The translations under genes and the position numbers were made by a program. Shown in pieces: positions 26,464-29,097 of a DNA stretch of 29,097 bases. The notes under the pieces were generated by a model that was not told the DNA's origin, searched no databases, and was given only the letters and a program-made list of their open reading frames with translations. The number at the start of each line of letters is the position of its first letter. Positions within the stretch are counted from its first letter, which is position 1. The stretch is taken from positions 1 through 29,097 of the forward strand of contig JBHGNT010000391.1 of the NCBI GenBank assembly GCA_043228905.1, given 5' to 3'. Source of the stretch: Azolla caroliniana (taxonomy: Eukaryota > Plantae > Polypodiophyta).

Positions 26464-27497
26464 ATTGTAGAAAAGATTGCAACTCTTTGCCAGCAAAGGT
26501 GATAACATCTTCGCGATTATTACAATGGGATGTAAAAGACAGTTTAAAGTCAAAGTTTAATAGAATGGCAAAACTAGGTTTGGTAACTATGGAGGATGGT
26601 ATTTTAGAGTCACAGTGGCAAATGATGGCTTTTCGAACGGTGAGAAGTAGATTTCATATACCTCTTGGATATTGTCAGATTTGGCAAACAATAATACAAT
26701 TGCCTATTTTATCATCACCAATTCCACAATTGGTGGTGGTGGAACAATGGAGAGATTGGATTTTTGATAACAAGAAATCATTATTTGTAGTGAACACAAA
26801 TGATGTTTATCATAAGTTGGTTAAGGATAGAGTTTGGGTACAGAGCAAGGTTTTGGATACATGGCACATTATCCATGGAAGTGAATGGTGTGCTAGAGTT
26901 TTAGATGCAGGATGGAAGTCTCATCTTCCTTTCCGTGCAAATGTGTTTCTTTGGCGTGCTATGGTTGGTGGGTTACCTTTGGCTAGGGCTTTAAAACGAA
27001 GACACATTGGTAGTGGTACATGTGTCTTTTGTACGACGGCTGATGAAGATTCTTGACACAGGTTTATATCTTGCCCTGTTACTAAAAGTATATGGATAGG
27101 TATATCACAACTGTGGGGGTCATTAACTAGAAATGTTTTGTTGCCTTTTCAATGGGTTTTCATTGAAGGTGATAGAATTTTACCATCCCTAGAGTATAAG
27201 ATTGTGTTTGATTATTTGTGGTACTTGGGCATATGGTATATTTGGAACTTGCGGAATGGTTTCTTATTTGATGGGCTTTCTAGAGTATCTCAACAGATAT
27301 GTAGGATAAAAGAAAGTTGATTTGGCAATTTTCACAATTATGTTGTATGGGAACTTTGTCCCCAAACGAGTTACATTTGTGTCGCTTTGTATTGCAACAC
27401 CTTAGAAGGTTGTCCTTGCCACATCGCTACCTTTGACGTAGTTTTGATAGCAAGGTTTTTTTGTATTTTCATGTTGTTTTAATATAAACATACATTT

Positions 27498-27566
<69 letters not shown>

Positions 27567-28124
27567 AACACAAGGTATATAGAAAAGCAAGAAAATTGTA
27601 TTAACAAGAAGCAAGATTAACCAACAAGTACAAAGAGGAGAAGGTGCTTATGCAATCACCTTCTCTCTGGTCACCAGGTTCCAAGCTAAGTGAATGTTGC
27701 TCATATTGTCGTAGTAGAGGAGAATCAGATCCTTGATGGGAACACCCAGATCCTTCAATACTCTTTTTAACTAAACAATTTCACATGATGCGACGATTGT
27801 GCCCCTGTACTTGGTTTTTGTGTTGGATAGTGTGATTGTCGGCTACTTCTTGCTGCTCCACGATATGACTCTATTGCAAGGGAGAAGATGGAACCAGAGG
27901 TCAATCTTCTGTCGGCCTTATAGTTGGCCTAATCGGCAACTGTGCACCCTACGAGTCAAATCTGTGTGACCGACTTGTCGAGAATGTCACAGTCCATCGT
28001 ACCACTCATGTATCGTAACACTCGCTTAGCACAATCTAAATGGATATCATGTGGAGTTTGCATTAATTGGCTAAGGATGCCGACCGAATAGCTAAGGTCG
28101 GGTTGAGTGATCGTGAGGTAGATG
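26354..28124 (-). mobile_element. Decayed Copia: RT C-terminus/RNase H at ~27670-28124 plus a probable partial 3' LTR (26354-26460 and 27503-27670) split by a LINE
   Basis: Minus-strand IYLTITQPDLSYSVGILSQ...AKRVLRY...ISWSSKK*PTITLS...YDNMSNIHLA with stops. LTR-like end GATTCTTTACA at 26354. The LTR assignment is inference. Confidence 0.75.
26461..27502 (+). mobile_element. 5'-truncated L1-like LINE 3' end (zf-RVT region) flanked by (GA)25 and (GA)27
   Basis: WKSHLPFRANVFLWRAMVGGLP...LKRR...CVFC...EDS*HRFISCP...IW and IWYIWNLRNGFLFDG; stop at 27054-27056. GA tracts at 26411-26460 and 27503-27556. Confidence 0.88.
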
Positions 28125-28689
28125 TGTTAAAGATCTATGTATCGATGGAGTAAGCTCCTCGATGTCGTGGCGGGATTCGGACCGTCGTATACCCTCTTGA
28201 TGGCGAATCGGGCGGAGATGGTTGTCAGATACCTCCGAGCCTCACACTCACTCAACGATTAGTAAATGATTAAGCACGATATCTCTCTCACTCTCTCAAG
28301 CTCTCTCTCATAGACAATAGATTAATAGATATAGACAATAAGAAGAAAGAGTATGTCTATTAACCCTCTTTGCTAAGAGGTCTAGCACCAACAAGGAGAG
28401 AGATTAGTGTTCTCTAACTCAACACTTCACTAATCTCTCTTAAGCTCAAAGGTTACAAGAAGGAGGAGAGGAAGCTCTAGCTCTAATCAATAGGAGATCT
28501 TTACAAATGGGAGAACCCCCACAAAGCCACTACTATGTGGTTTATATAGCTTTCACGTTTAGGTTATGGGCCTTTCACATTTGGCCGTCTCTTTGCTCTC
28601 CTTTCCTCTTGCCGTTTCCTCTTCGTACTACGTCCTTATTGATGCGTTCTTATTCGTGACTGGTTGTGTTGTTATCCCAACGCTTAACA
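28125..28689 (-). repeat. 3' LTR, 565 bp, TGTTAA...TTAACA
   Basis: Perfect 6-bp inverted termini; PPT GGGGGAGA on minus at 28690-28697; TATATAAA on minus near 28541-28548. Confidence 0.9.
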
Positions 28690-28700
28690 TCTCCCCCAAC

Positions 28701-29096
28701 CTAATGAGTGCACACTCCCGAGTGCACTGTGGGAGGGGAGCTTCGGGTGTCGGGGGCGAGTAGAATTGAGTAGGGGGGTTCGTCGGGGGGTGGGTGGCGG
28801 CGGAGATGATGGCGAAGACGACGGATGTTCAGTGGTGGTAGCCGAATTTCCTGCAGTTGGTCGGTTGTTGTGAAGAAATCTTTCTTGGGGCCGGTGAGCC
28901 AGGTGCAGGTGTTGTGGCCGGCGAAGGGAGAAGGGGGGTTTCGACTAAAGCTTATGTAAGCGGGGAAAAAACGTGTGTCGATCATGGTTTCAAAATCCCG
29001 TTTGTAGCTTGCGGGGAGGATGTTGACGCGGGTCCAGAGGCCGACCAATTGGCGGCGAGTTGGACCTTTGTTCAAATCGAAGGCGAGGCCCCACGC
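28701..29096 (-). CDS. C-terminal part of an unidentified ORF ending at the PPT (5'-partial)
   Basis: Open from the window edge (AWGLAFDLNKGPTRRQLVGLW...SGVCTH*). No RNase H, integrase or chromodomain motif recognised. Confidence 0.55.
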   Translation of the reverse strand, partial: AWGLAFDLNKGPTRRQLVGLWTRVNILPASYKRDFETMIDTRFFPAYISFSRNPPSPFAGHNTCTWLTGPKKDFFTTTDQLQEIRLPPLNIRRLRHHLRRHPPPDEPPYSILLAPDTRSSPPTVHSGVCTH

Positions 29097-29097
29097 T

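Larger units (their letters stand above)
28125..29097 (-). mobile_element. 3' end of an LTR retrotransposon inserted into the Copia RT; continues beyond the window
   Basis: Complete LTR, adjacent PPT, and an ORF ending just before the PPT; it interrupts the host Copia immediately upstream of IYLT. Confidence 0.85.

Overview
Eukaryotic land-plant genomic DNA (spliceosomal introns, plant TE families, (GA)n and (TATG)n microsatellites; a fern-like non-seed plant is my guess, not demonstrable). Two host genes lie on the minus strand: an EDR4-family zinc-ribbon protein with a repeat-expanded N-terminus (6851-9709) and a 7-exon SES1-like saposin-fold ER protein (13702-19985, 317 aa, ends STEL). Left flank: an intact-looking non-chromovirus Ty3/Gypsy element (integrase plus an 883-aa extra ORF with a PMD/plant-transposon-like domain, basic NLS-like motifs and a long coiled coil) nested in a decayed Copia. 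Right flank: a 5.7-kb Mutator-like element (MULE) about 105 bp upstream of the SES1 ATG, with ~300-bp TIRs, a DDE/SWIM transposase and a divergently oriented Ulp1-like protease region with two QxNxxDCG motifs. Next comes a second MULE end in inverted orientation, a decayed Copia, a LINE inside a (GA)n tract, and an LTR element with another unexplained 3' ORF. Best novelty candidates: the Gypsy extra ORF, the protease-carrying MULE whose ends all abut (TATG)n, and the (GA)n-embedded LINE. No RNA genes or CRISPR arrays seen. All family assignments are from motif recognition, not database searches.
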